The notes beneath the pieces are model-generated. The model searched no databases. It was not told the origin of the DNA and saw only the letters and a program-made list of their open reading frames with translations. The position numbers and the translations under genes are program-made. Shown in pieces: positions 13,761 to 26,510 of a stretch of 64,000 nt of DNA. Position 1 is the first letter of the stretch; each line of letters starts with the position of its first letter. Origin of the DNA: Camelus ferus (taxonomy: Eukaryota); the NCBI RefSeq assembly GCF_009834535.1, contig NC_045697.1, forward strand, positions 53,074,001-53,138,000. Direction: 5' to 3'.

Positions 13761-14864
13761 TTATCTGTGATACTGTTAGATGCAAGCATTCCAGAATTAT
13801 GGCATTAAGGAGGCAGATTTACAGTGTTATACAGGTAGAGATTTTTGTGACATCCATGTTTCTCCCAATAGGGGAAATTCATATACAGTTTGGAACCCAT
13901 TTCAGAATTTGTCTTCCCACTCAAGTTTATGGAAATTAACTCATAGTATTGTCACAGGTGTACATAAACACTTCTAGCTGTCTAAAGATGTTGACACAGA
14001 GATACATATGCAAAACCATAGCACCAGAAAAAGAATAACAAACTGTTTTCAGGTTGAAAAAATAAAATTACCAATATTTTATAGAGCTTGCCAAAAAACT
14101 AAGCCCCTTTAATTTATACCTGATAAAGTGAATTTTGAACCACTGCACAGGCAGGAACTGAAAAAAGCCACATCTCTCCCCAGGTTGACTTGAGACAGGT
14201 CCACTGAGGTTACAGATGCATTTCGGAGAAACTCCTCTTTGTTCTTATTAGGTGCAAAATCTTATGGGATCCATAAGACTAGGGAGTAAGAGTAAGAGAA
14301 TTGTGTGTCATTGGAGAATGTAACTGGCACCAATGTTTTAAAGGCAGAACTTTCTAAATGATAGTAACTGAAATACATTTCGTGGGCATTACCAGTGTAG
14401 TGAACTCAATTTCAGAGAACATAATTGGGAGGTGAGGCATGTCCCATTGTATCGTAGGGCATGTCTAGGCATGGTTGACTTCTGTGGCTTGATGGAGAGG
14501 TCATGAGGTGTGGGAATTTGGATCTGATACATTCACTGAGATAGGCTTCTTGGGGATGGAGCCAGCTGCAGTTTCTTGGAAGTAGCTAAGTGTAGCATGC
14601 AGAAGATGGCATTCAAAGGGTACTGTCAACAGACAATAGGTGTAAAACAGGTAAGCAGTTGGCACAGAGGGTTACATTCCAGTGGGGAGTGTCCTGACAG
14701 ACCGTTGAGAGGCAGTAATGCAAAATCCAGAAGGGAATAGGTGATGTTTGGAAATGGAGGCCAACAGGAAGGCAGCAGCAGAACACCAGATCTTAAATAT
14801 CCAGCCTACTGAGATGGTTGAGGAGTTGGGGGTACCAAGGGCAAGTACTGTTACAAAGATCAAT

Positions 14865-15615
14865 TTACAATTTATGTGTGGGTTATTGCTGGAATGCCTG
14901 TTCTGTTCCATTGATCTTTATATCTGTCTTTTACAGCAATACTACAGCATGTTGATTACTATAGCTTTATATTACCTTAAATTGGGAAGTACTCCAATTT
15001 TGTTCTTCCTTTACAAAATTGTTTTGACTGTTCTAATTTCTTTGACTTTCCATATAAATTTTAGACTCAGCTTGTCAATTTCTAAAAAAAAAGTCATACT
15101 GAGATTTTGATTGGGATTGCATTTAGTCTGTAGACCACTTTGGAGAGAACTGAATCTTAACTGCACTGAGTCTTCCATCCAGTTCCTAAACGTAGTATCT
15201 GTACCTGCTTATTTGGATCTTGTTGAATTACCCATAGCAATGTTTTATAGTTTGCTGTATAAAGCTCTTGCAAATTACTCTGTTTAATTTATTCCTAAGT
15301 ATGTAGTATTTTGGCTGTTATTGTAAATAGTACTTTTAATTTCAGTTGTTCATTCCTAGTATATAGAGATACAATTTACTTGTATCCTGCAAGCTTGCTA
15401 AACTCACTTATTAATTCTAATGCCTTTTCTTTTTTTGCAGATTACTTGGGATTTCTACATAGATGATTTTTTTTTCACCTTTCCAGTTGCATTTTGGTTT
15501 TTGTCTTATCACACTATGTAGAATCTCAGTGCAGTCTTACATAAAGGTGGTGAAAGCAGATCTCCATGGCCCCCCCCCCCCGATTTTAGGAGAAAACATT
15601 CAGGCTTTCATCATG
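14865..15615 (-). mobile_element. Old L1 ORF2 fragment
   Basis: 'ttccatataaattttagactcagcttgtcaatttcta...gattttgattgggattgcatt' is the antisense of the L1 ORF2 3' region. Confidence 0.7.
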
Positions 15616-15629
15616 AAGCATTTGTTGGA

Positions 15630-15935
15630 GATAGTCTGAGTGAGCGTTCTAAATATGCCTGCGTCTGGCCTAACTTAAGCTTTCCCCTGTCACCGTGCAA
15701 ATGAGGCTGCCACCATTAGGGGATTAAAGAAACTGATTACCATGTATGGATACCTTTGTTGAACTGACAGTGATCGGGGGTCACATTTCAAAGGTCAAAA
15801 TGTACAAGGCTGGGCAAAAGAACATGGCATTGAATGGAGGTTCCATCTCCCCTAAAACACACAAGCAGCATGGTGGGTAGGAAGGAAAAAGTGAAATATT
15901 TAAGCAGCAGATTAAATTACTAAGGGGTAAAACCA
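15630..15935 (+). mobile_element. ERV integrase-core relic (ERVL-like)
   Basis: Translates as DSDRGSHFKGQNVQGWAKEHGIEWRFHLP*NTQAA, the retroviral integrase catalytic-core pattern, with stops. Confidence 0.75.
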
Positions 15936-16737
15936 CTTTGGTGTCTTACATTTGAGTTACATTGTATGTGGGCATACATTCTAGTCAAATATATGCCCAG
16001 AATGAGGAGTTATAAGCATGTAAAGAAAGTATTGGAGGTGGATCTTATTGCTTATTTCAGATTTGTGGCTAGATCTAATCATTGCACCCAATTTATCATA
16101 TATATCCTTTAAGTGAAACTGAGGGGCTCTTAGATTCTTTTACATACAGCAAACAGAAAGAAGGAAATCATGTCAAATTTTTATTAGCTAGAGAAAGTCA
16201 AGAAGAGATTTTTCTTTGTTCTAGCTCTTTCCTCTGTGGTGGGCTTTTACTTCTGTTTGGTAATGCTAATACACACTGTTCATTAAAGTGGATCTTTATT
16301 ATGCTTAAATAATTATATGGGCTTTGATGTAAATTCTTTGGTTCTTCCTGCTGTTGTATATGCTGTGTGAAAAGTAAACAGTCACAGTCCTCAGAAATTA
16401 ATTTATGAATATTTATCTTTGGTAAATGCTCTCGTTGATAATTGTTTGAGCAAATGCCATGAATAAAAATTCAAAGTTACTCAGCAGATATAACAAAAGG
16501 TGATTTTTTCTTATTGTAAGTATTTATTATAATTTAAAAGATAACCATACAGCAAACATTTTTAGTGCTCTTAATGTGATTTGACTAAATATGATCAGCT
16601 TACATAAAACTTTTCAAAAACACATTTGTAGGACAAAGAATAATATACTCTGTATTAAAATTTCTCTTATGTAATGTATTTAATTTATTTTAGCATTATA
16701 TGTGACCTTGTGAAGGTTACCTTTATCTACTCCATGA

Positions 16738-18121
16738 TTAATGAATGACTAATGATGGGGCAATAGTGACTGTGGCAGGAGGTGAGGTGTTGGAGGTGAC
16801 AGTGGAAGTAGAGATGGAAGCTGTGATGGTGAAGGGGACAGATGTGGTTGTGGTAGAAATCAGTGTGGAAGCAGCTGTGGTAGGACCTCCAGGGGTCCTA
16901 GCAGGGGTGTTGGTGGCCACAGATGTCGTACTTGCAGATGTAGCTGGAAGTGCTCCAGGTGTGGTGAAAGAAATTGATTTTTTAGTGACCTCAGCAGCTA
17001 CTGCTGTGGTTAGACATGCAGTGGTTGCAGGAGCCGATGTGGCAGTGGCAGAACTTGTAGAGACAGACTGTGTAGTGCAAGAGGGAGAAGAAATGGTTGT
17101 GGCAGCAGGTGAGCTGGAGAGACCATTGGTAGTAGTTCTGAGGTGGTAGAAGGAGCTGAAGAGGTTGAGGCAATAGGAGTGGTGTCAGGGTTGTAGTCAA
17201 TAGTGGTGTTGTCAAATGTGCTGGGGCCACTGTTGTTGTATCATCTGTAGTGAGCAGTGTCCTGGGTACAGTGTCAGTTGTGGTGTCTTCTATGGTAGTG
17301 GGGTAAAGAGCAGTCAGATGAAGTAGTGGAAATAGGATTCACGGTGATTTCAATGGTGGTCACAGCAGAGACTGGTAAACTGGGGGCAGGAGATGTGATG
17401 GAAGGTGGTGAAGTGCTGGAAGACATGGAGGAATCTGACAAAGTGGTCGTGGTAGTAGGGGTTGAGGTACCAGCAGTGGAAGGAGCAGGATGGTGGCTGG
17501 AGGAGTGACAGCAGTAGCCTGGGGGAGGTGTGAAGAACAGCAGCGGTTGTGGTGGCAAGGGAGGTGCTGGTGGCTTCAGTGGATGTGATGGCGAGGATGG
17601 CTGTAGCTGTGGCTGTAGCTGTGATGCTAAAAGGAGAAGACATGCTGGCGGCAGCTTGTGTGATGACAGAAGCAGCAGGGGAGGAAGTCTCCCTGGTCAT
17701 GACAAGCATGTTAGTGGCAGCAGAGGTGATACTTGTGGATGCTGCTACTTCAAGTGAGGCAGATGAAGCCAATTGACTAATGACACCAGAGGCAGCAGTG
17801 ACAGTGACTGTATTTGGAGTGACAGCTGTGGAGGTGGCATCTTGAATGGTGCTGGAAGGAGTGGAAGTGGTTAGGGTAGCAGGTGTGGTGGTAAGAGTGT
17901 CTGTGATGGTATAAGCAGAGGTGGTTGTAGAAAGAGCAGCTGGAAAACCTGTGGTAGCAGTAGGTGTGGCTGAGGGGACATCTTCAGAGGTGGAGGGCTG
18001 TGTGGTGGCATGTGATGTATAGGAAGCAACAGAAGTGAAGTCAGGGTGATAATCAAATGTAGTGTCATCAAATGTGCCGGAGTAAGATGTTAATGTGTCA
18101 TCTAGTGACTGGGGTTGTGGC
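16738..18121 (-). pseudogene. Decayed Thr/Ser/Ala/Pro-rich mucin-like exon of a fourth, unnamed gene
   Basis: Acceptor acacaacag|G at 18121. PTS-coding sequence hops between all three frames (shifts near 17518, 17490, 17312, 17230, 17135, 16985) and ends ...PPATVTIAPSLVIH*. AATAAA at 16684-16689 and 16523-16528. Confidence 0.75.
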
Positions 18122-19317
18122 CTGTTGTGTCAATTTAAAATTTTAAAAATGATTAAGTGTATAGAAGAGAAATAGTAATATTGAACCATTTTGAATTTTC
18201 AGAATATTCATCATTATTCAAATAGTGCTACAAACTGCATTTCAGCACTGAATATAAATATCTTAGGATTTAGTGAATTTTGTATTATTTAAGTAACAAC
18301 TGCCCCCTACTATACTGTATAGTACCAAGTGTTAGATATTTCAACGTGTTGAGAATCCATTTTACGAAGTCATGAAATGTGAGAGTTAGAAAGGATTTGA
18401 GAAATGATGATGATTTCTCACCAGTTAAATGCAATATGTCATTAAGAACACTCTCCAGTCTAAAAAACGGGTCTACCATTTACTGAGTAGCTGCCATCTA
18501 CTGAGCTGCTCTAAGGAATGGGCAATGTGTTATTTACATTGCTCACTGAATTCTAGCAACAACTCAAGGAAGTAGATAAAATTGTTTTCGTTTCACAGAT
18601 AAAAAGTCCAGAAAAAGTTTAAGCAACTTGTTCAAGATCTCAAAGGCAATGAGTGACAAAGTGGGGTTTGAAAACAAGATTTTCTGACTCCAAAGCTCCT
18701 GTTTTTATGTTATGCTGTTGTGGTAAATCTAAAAATAATGAATTTTTCTCCAAAAATCCCACAAGAAAAGAAGAAAGCTCTTCTTTTTGGAACATCTCTT
18801 CTTTACTATGGTATTATTTTTTGTTAGTTCCATGCCCTTATTTGGGAAATTAATTAAACTGCAGAGCTAGAATAAGGCAATAAGAGGGAATCACACAGTT
18901 GCTTTAAAAAATTTACTTTTAACCATACTATAAAAAAAGATGCTGCAATTACATTTCTGAATAAAAGTAATATGAATCACAATATCCAGCCATTATATGA
19001 AGACATTCAGTTAATTTAAACTTGTGGTCAAGTGAGTAAATGTTATTTGATACAGTTTAGAAGGGAAGTCTAGAAATGCCTATTAGATAGGCCTGGCACT
19101 TTTAAATGGGGCTTGATGAATACTTTTCCTTATCCTATTTCCTACCACATGTTTTGCAAAGGTATAAGAACAGCATCACTGACTGTACTTTCATTGAAAT
19201 CATATCAGAAGCTCATTCTATCAGAGTGCCTGAAAAATTTTCATTAACCGAAAAATTCAAAATTTAAAGAACCAACTCTGCGTCTGTTTTCAAAGGCTGA
19301 AAATTATCAGTACTTAC

Positions 19318-19420
19318 CCTTGCAGCATCCTTCTTTACCACCATGGTTAAATTACCAGTTAAGTGGATTCTTGTCGGTTACTGTGTTTGAGCATCTTCCC
19401 GATCCGAGAGCAGGTGAAGA
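19318..19420 (-). other. Candidate 103-nt internal exon, or first exon, of the decayed mucin gene
   Basis: Good acceptor ttcttcttacttgtgtccttag| and perfect donor AAGG|gtaagta. A TATAAAA lies at 19463-19469. Confidence 0.35.
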
Positions 19421-22400
19421 CTAAGGACACAAGTAAGAAGAACCAGTGCTGCAAAAATAGTTTTTTATAACCTGCGATTTTTTCCTACTTGGTTCTTTTT
19501 GGGGATAGCAAATGTGCTGGAAGAGAAGGTCGTAACTAGTTTGAAGGGTTCTGCTTAAACAAAAGGATAGATGGGTGTCATTTACTGTGTTTGACAGTTG
19601 TCCTTTGTCTTCCTTCTGAGGAACAGTTGTGTTACGATTCAATGCGCCAGGTTTTTCTAAATGCCCGAGTTTTCTGGAGGTTTTGGTAACCTGTGTGCCA
19701 CGGGGTCTCAAAGCACTGAGGTGTCTATACTTCTTAAGAATGTCTAATGGTCTTAATTTAAAAAATACCCTTTCTAATCATGCCCATTTTATCCCAGATA
19801 TAATGTGAAAATTGGAAAAGAATAATAAAAAGATTGAAGGAATGACAGTGATCTATAAAATCTTAGTGGTAGGAGCCTATTTTATTTGTTTGTTCTATAA
19901 ATCCCATTGTACTGCCTCATTTTGAACCTACCTCAGTATGCCTTTTATTACAGTAATGTGTATGTCTGTCTGACTTGCCCACTTAGTTAGGGACATGTTT
20001 GGTGTCTTGTTCTCCTTCATATTGGCCATAGCTTCCAACATAGAATGTTGTGTAAATCAGGCACTTAATATCTGCTTGCTGAACCTGATTTTATATTTCA
20101 AAAGAGATATAATTTATTTTAGAAATGGAAAATTTAACTTCAGTCAGTGTTGACTTGGTCATTCCACTCTCCTATATTCTAAGAATACGTAGAGGAATAC
20201 TTGGAATATTAGAGGTCCATATAAAGTAAGAATTGTTTATAACTTTTATGCATACCATTCACTTCACTCTTGGGACTCTGTCACTTTTCTTTTTGCTCCA
20301 CCTTATCATATAATATTTAGCTACTTTTCTGTGAAAACAAGGCTTCTCAAATTCTGTTCCTTTATGGAGCTGTCCTTGATGAGGTTACCAGCATTGTAGG
20401 GTTTTTTTCTCCTTTTCATTTTTCTGAGCTTTGATTATTGTTAGTACTCCGTGGTTTAGTGCTCTGTCATAGTTTGTTGTGTTTCTCTTTCTCTTTTCTG
20501 TTTGCTTATATTTAGCTATTTATGATTTATAATCTATTATCATAATACTATTTTCTGGAGCAGTGATGGGTCCAATGTGATATTTTCTCTTCTATTTTCA
20601 TGAGAGCTTTATAGTTACTAAAAAGGGGGTAACTACATACAACACACACACACTCAGATATATATATGTATATATATATACATCTACCTGTTCTTAAAGT
20701 TTAAGCTTCCCAGATTCATGCCCTTGTGAAGCCATCCATCAACAGGATACTCCTTCTAGTTTCTCTTCTTCTCTTTTGTATGAACTTATACTCTGTTTAG
20801 TAATGAAAAAACAATATTTACGTCTGTTTCCCTTTATTGTGTTTTGTTTTTGGCATTGGTATCATGTGTCTTAGATTTGTTTCCCAATCTAGGGAAGGGT
20901 ATCTACATGAAAGGTTTTCTTTTTCTTCTAAAATAACTCTACAGTTTGCTAAAACTTGGGTACAGAAACTTTGCAAATTAAGAAATTGATATGGAATTAT
21001 CTTTTGTACTTCTTAATTAAGATCTATTATCTATTAGTTAAAATTCATATAAACAAAAAGATTTTTATAATCTAATTGCTTGGTAATGTAGGGAGATGAG
21101 AAATTTTATGTTGAGTTAACAATAGAGTTTTCTGGGATTAAAAAAAATTCATAAAGCTGATTTTTGTCTCTAGGTTAATATCCTTAAGAGAGTGCTTCAG
21201 AAGCTTAGAGAGATAATTTGTATTTAGCAATGAGAGACTCATTTGATATTTTAATTCCTTCTCTTTCAATTAACCTAGCAGACATTTGACATTACCTGTG
21301 TCCATGAGAAGTGAGAATATCTGAATTGCCATGTTTCATGGATAAATTGGGCAATTAGTTTTTGCTTTCTAGCATGCTTTATTCTTTGGGATTTGACACT
21401 TGAAATTATATACTGGTTTCTTTCAGCAGGACTTTTGCACACTGATCTTTAAAGCTCATAAAATATTGTCACTTAGTTGAAGCAGTTTCCTGTTTTAGCA
21501 GAAGCATCTTGTTAGGGTAAGAGCTGAAGCCTTTGTTATGTTCTATGGCAGCAACTTGCTTGTTTTACAGCTGAGGGACAGAAAGCCTTTCAGGTTGCTC
21601 TCTACTTGAGCCTTTTCAACATATTTACTCTGTTGGGATATTCAGTGTGTGTTTTCTAGGCTTTGGATTAATCACTAATTTGGAGCAGGAACCTAAGTGT
21701 TTCGCCTTTCACTGCACGTCCTTTCAGGTGTTGTTTATGGTGGATGAAGAGCAGAGATAAGTTCCTAGTCTCCAGACCTTTGAGAATCCAAGACTGAGGC
21801 TTGGGAAAAGCAGAGAAGGGTACCTGACAGCGGTGGTCTCAGCTATGGCTCAGGCAATTACATTAGTAGGTGCACAAGAGAATGCCTTTCTTCTTCAGCA
21901 GAGCACTCACAGACACGGGGAGAGCCTAGATATGTCCTGTCTCTTCACCAATTTTAGTCTGTGATGGCCAAAACTAATAATATAAGAATTGAGAAGGCCA
22001 TAGTCATTATCTGGTCATTATTGACAATATCAGGGCTGCCAAATATGGTCGTATAAGTTATTCACTGATCAAAGATGCCCAGAAATAGGGGTAAGTGAGA
22101 GTTGCTTCCTGCTTCCTGCTTATCAAACCTTGAACTCTTGTGTAGGGTTATGTTAGATTGGTAGGAGGGGCAGTAGTTTTTTATTTTCACAAAGACACCT
22201 TACAGTTTATTTGCAACCTTGAGCAATATTGATGAGGTTTAAATCTCAGACAAGCAAGCTTAGTTGTCTATTAGGTATCTGTATTCTCTTTACTTCAAAA
22301 CAGTATTTAGAAGATGGAAGTGATTGTGATCTAGCATTTAATGTGGTCTCCCAGTAGTGAGGGTGACTATTACACACTATATTTTCCTTCTAGTCTTTCC

Positions 22401-23921
22401 TATAAACAGCACACACAGGTTTAAGAAGTGTAGCTCAGTTAGGAATTCAATATATGGCTTCTGTGTATATGGAAACTTTTAATTCCATAGAGCTTCCCCA
22501 GTAAAATGAATTTGATGGATGATGTCTTGACCTCTAATTATTTCTTTGAAAAACAATCAAACTCTCTTTCTTGAATGAATATGAAGTAATTGTGATCCAG
22601 CTAGACTCCCTGACATTGGCATCTTGGCATCAACTTGTCGCATAGATTTGAGCCACATTTTAGATTCCCTTTAACTTGTCTCTTATGTCTGCTATGTTGC
22701 CCTTCATGTGCTGGCATGGTGAATCATAGAAATCAATCAATCAATACATGCAGCACAAAATTAAAAATAACAACAACAATAAACTGAAGTAAAGATCAAA
22801 ATTGAGTTTGGATCAGGTGACAAACTGGGGTCAGAAAGATAGAGACTAGGATTCAGCACATAGAGATCAAATTTGCAATAATAGTAACCAGATGACAAGA
22901 ACAAGGGTTGATCCCCAAAAACCAGACATACAAAAGAGCAGAGTCAGACTTTCAAATTAATGTCAAGAGTACTGAATATTATTTCATGAAGGAGAGGAGA
23001 AACAGATATTCGGCATTACAGACCAAAGCAAGGTAGTGCTGGAGAGATGTATCACAAACAGGGAATGATATGTCTGCAGATGGTCTCTCACTGTGACCTT
23101 GATGTCCACTTTTGCCTGGGAACCCAGGCATCCTGCTGTCATGGTCAGTGCAGTGGGTGCTTGGGTGCGTGTGTTTACAAAGCATTAGTTATCTTCCCTA
23201 CAAATCCACCACACTGGATTCTCAAAGTTTAACATACTGGAAAATGACCTCAGTATTAGTGACATTTCTGATAGTATGCAAATTTCACTGACATTTAACA
23301 TGGACTTTCTGGGGAGATCAGCGCAGGTACAAGATGGTCCAGGTGGCTTGAGGGAAGCAGGGTGAGTTAGGCCTTTATGACAGTGAGAGGTGGGTCTGAG
23401 GAAGAGTTCACAGTGGGTTTGGGGTTTGTGAAGTTTGAACTGCCCTCAGGCACCAAAAGACATGGCACACACACTGGATACTGGATTTCTTATCTTGGTT
23501 GTCTAGGAATGGGGTAGATGGGGGGGAGGTTGGGGATTTAAAAGCTGTCTATAGTCAAACATCAAAAATGGAGCCAGCTTCTCTGTTACAGGATAATACC
23601 TATCAATGTACTGATATGGTCCTATGCTTTTGCAATATTTGTAGAAATAAAATATTTAACCATGATTGGTTAAGACTGATGTCTTTTTCCTCTTCAACTT
23701 CTCTGTTGTCTCACTTCCTTTTGTGACAGGTAGCATTGAAGAGGACGTTGCAGGCATTTTGGAGAACAGGTTATGTGGAAGTTGAGATGAGAATGTATTT
23801 AGTTTGGATATAATGGGATATATTTATTTGGGTCACAGTCACTTTTAGGTATAGTTAAGTTATTACTAGCCTTCCTGGTGCAAGAGAGGCTTCTAGAAAT
23901 AATTCTGTTGTGCTAACTTAC

Positions 23922-23987
23922 CTGAAATTGTGACATAAATGAGCAGGGACAGAAGTCCTATCAGAGTAAGAACATATCTTAAGGTAT
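23922..23987 (-). pseudogene. Degenerate SCPP-type signal-peptide exon without a start codon
   Basis: Long polypyrimidine acceptor ...cttctggtgctag| and donor CAG|gtaagt. Reads acc-TTA(ex-ATG?)-RYVLTLIGLLSLLIYVTIS, resembling the GLLAL core of the neighbouring signal peptides. Confidence 0.55.
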
Positions 23988-24289
23988 CTAGCACCAGAAG
24001 AAAAGTGGACAGAGGAAGAGAAACACAGTTTGAAGTGTACAGAAGGTGTCTGTGCGAATTTCTTCACTCATTAGATATGTAAAATTGTAAACAGAAGATT
24101 TAGTTCTCATTGATGCCTGGTCAAATGGAAACTCTTGCCTTGATTATGCAGCAAAAATAATTATAAACTCTCTTATCTTTCTATCTATCAGCCATCTATT
24201 ATATATCTGTCTATCTCAGGAATATCATGAAATACAATATTCAGATTTTCTGTTTTTATAGTGCATAAACCAAGCTATTCAAACAGTGA

Positions 24290-24937
24290 ATACATCTGTG
24301 TTTTGAGCCACAGGTTTTATGCATACGTAGGAAATGCTAACATTGTCAAAAATATTATAAAAACTCATATCATTACAGTTGAGGACATTTTCAATAAACT
24401 GTCATGATTTCAAAAGGTGTTTAAGATAAGTCACTTTTATAAGAAAACTTGCAATACTCTGAAATCTTACAGCTCATATATGAAAGAAACTTGGTAAGCT
24501 ATCCCAATATTTGGCAATAATTAAGAAAATTTACATGCTATTGCCGATAATGAGTTGTAAAGCTTAAATGAAAGGTCTAAATTATCAATAATAAAGATAC
24601 TTTAATCAGCCATGCTAAGGGAAAGCTGAATTACTATTATTTTTTGCTTCTTACAGAAAAAGGTAATTAAATAATTTCATTTGAAGTGGTAATTGAAGAC
24701 TATACAAAAATGTAGCATAACAAGAATTATAGACATCTCTTAGGTGGTTGATTATTAAAATTTTGGAGGGGATTTTGTCAGTTTTTAAAATTTGTAATTT
24801 GTGGGGATTTCTTGTATTTTTCTAAATAAATATGCAATCTTGTGCATAATTTAGAATTTATAATTTTGTATTCCTTTCCTTAAGAGGACCACGCAAATGT
24901 CATAAGATTCAGGCCCCACAAAAACTGGATGTGCCCT
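24290..24937 (+). mobile_element. hAT-Tip100 (Zaphod-like) DNA transposon relic
   Basis: Degenerate hAT C-terminal dimerisation-domain sequence (ttgccgataatgagttgtaaagct...aaattatcaataataaa...ccatgctaagggaaagctgaatta) and terminus caggccccacaaaaactggat. Confidence 0.55.
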
Positions 24938-25961
24938 TAGTAACTACTGGAACCTGAGGTCAGCCACCATTTATCTCTCATTAGGTGTAGACTACATCAG
25001 AATGGAAGCAAGCACTAAAGATTTATAGGTGTGGCTACTACTGTTATTATCTTTATGAATGAAAAAAACATGTAAACAAAGATGAACTGGTCTTATTTAT
25101 CTCATGGCTATTTGTGCAAGGTGTGTGAGATTCAGAAAAAGAGAGAAAGTTTAAGTATGAGTAAATGTGAGACATTCAACTTTATTGTTTTGTCTGGGAT
25201 TAATAATGTAGAAAGTTGGCATTTCACAGCTTTAATATTCATTAAGTTTAAGGCCTGCCAAAAGTTTCAATAAAACATGTGACTGCCTGAGTTCAAATCC
25301 CGGCTCTGACACTTTTAGGCTGTATAATGGGGGATAATAATAGTTTTAAGGATTAAATGAGTTAATATTTTTAAAGTTCTTACTGTTTGGCAGTACCATG
25401 CACATGTTAAATGAAGCAAATTTTGCCGATGGTGGTGGCTTACGTAGGTTTTCTCTGCCTCATCTGTTTACCTCAGTTCAGCTCAGTGGCACCAAGTTGT
25501 CTGTTAGGTGAGGCTCTCAGATTTCCAAGGGCAAATGATTCAGACAGAACTTTTCTTTCCCCATTTTGTCATTTTCTTAAAATGATTAACTTTTATAGAT
25601 CAACTGTGACTGTAGGGGAAGAAAGGCTGGCCCTGTTCCTCCCCTTTGTATCCCAGTCCTGCTCTCCAGAGGCAAGTGCTTCCAATTCCTTTAGCTGTTT
25701 CTTCTAGTATTTACCTCCCTCCCTATCTTAAAATCATAAGCTTAATAATTGTTGGCCTTTTTAAGGAGGTATAAGATACTTCCAGTAAGGTGTGTATATC
25801 ATAACCTTTACACAGGTTGCATCTTGAATACATGTCACCTGTGTATACACTTGTGTGTCCGGAACCCAGATCAAGATACAAAAGACTGCTAGCTCCCCAG
25901 GGGTTCCCTTTGTACCCTTGTAGCCAGAACCTTCCCAACATAACTCATCTGTCAACTTAGA

Positions 25962-26052
25962 TCAGGGTTTTTCAACCCCAACACCACTGACATTTGTGGG
26001 GACTCTCTTGTGCACTGTAGGCTGTTTAACAGCATCCCTGTCGTTTACCCAT
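25962..26052 (+). mobile_element. MER20-like hAT fragment
   Basis: cagggtttttcaacc...cactgacattt...tgtgcactgtaggctgtttaacagcatccctg. Confidence 0.55.
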
Positions 26053-26053
26053 T

Positions 26054-26510
26054 TGTTTAGGCAGAATAATACACTACCGTCCTCCAGATGTTCACGCCTT
26101 AATCCCTGAAATCTGTGATTATTTGTGTTATTACATGGTGAGGGGGAATTAAATTCCAGATATGAGTGATGCCGTAGGTATCAAGATGGCAAATGAAATT
26201 TAGGTTGCTAATCAGCTGACCTTATTATAAGCAGATTAGCCTGAATTATCCACTTGGGCACAATGTAATCACAAGGGTTCTTAAATGTGAAAGAGGGAGG
26301 CGGAGGCAGAGAAAGAGAAGTGACGATAGAAACAGAGGTTGGAGTGATGTACTTTGAAGATGGAGGAAGAGACCATGGGCCTTGGAACTGAGGCCACCCC
26401 TAGAAGCTAGAAAAGGCAAAGAAGTGAATGCTCCCCTAGGGCCTCCAGGAAGAGCACAGCCCTCCTGACACCTTGATTTTAGCCCAGTGAGACCCATTTA
26501 GGATTTTTGA
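26054..26510 (+). mobile_element. MaLR MLT1-type LTR
   Basis: Typical MLT1 motifs: 'ggcagaataat', 'ttgctaatcagctgacctt', 'ctagaagctagaaaaggcaa', 'gacaccttgattttagcccagtgagaccc'. Confidence 0.8.

Noticed and set aside
16715..16722. Possible splice donor (AAG|gtaacc) just after the pseudogene stop, implying more downstream exons
   Set aside because: No supportable downstream exon found in 9-16 kb, and AATAAA signals follow directly.
24254..24260. TATAAAA on the minus strand upstream of the degenerate signal exon
   Set aside because: No donor site between it and 23987, and it abuts a hAT relic in AT-rich DNA, so it cannot be assigned as the promoter.
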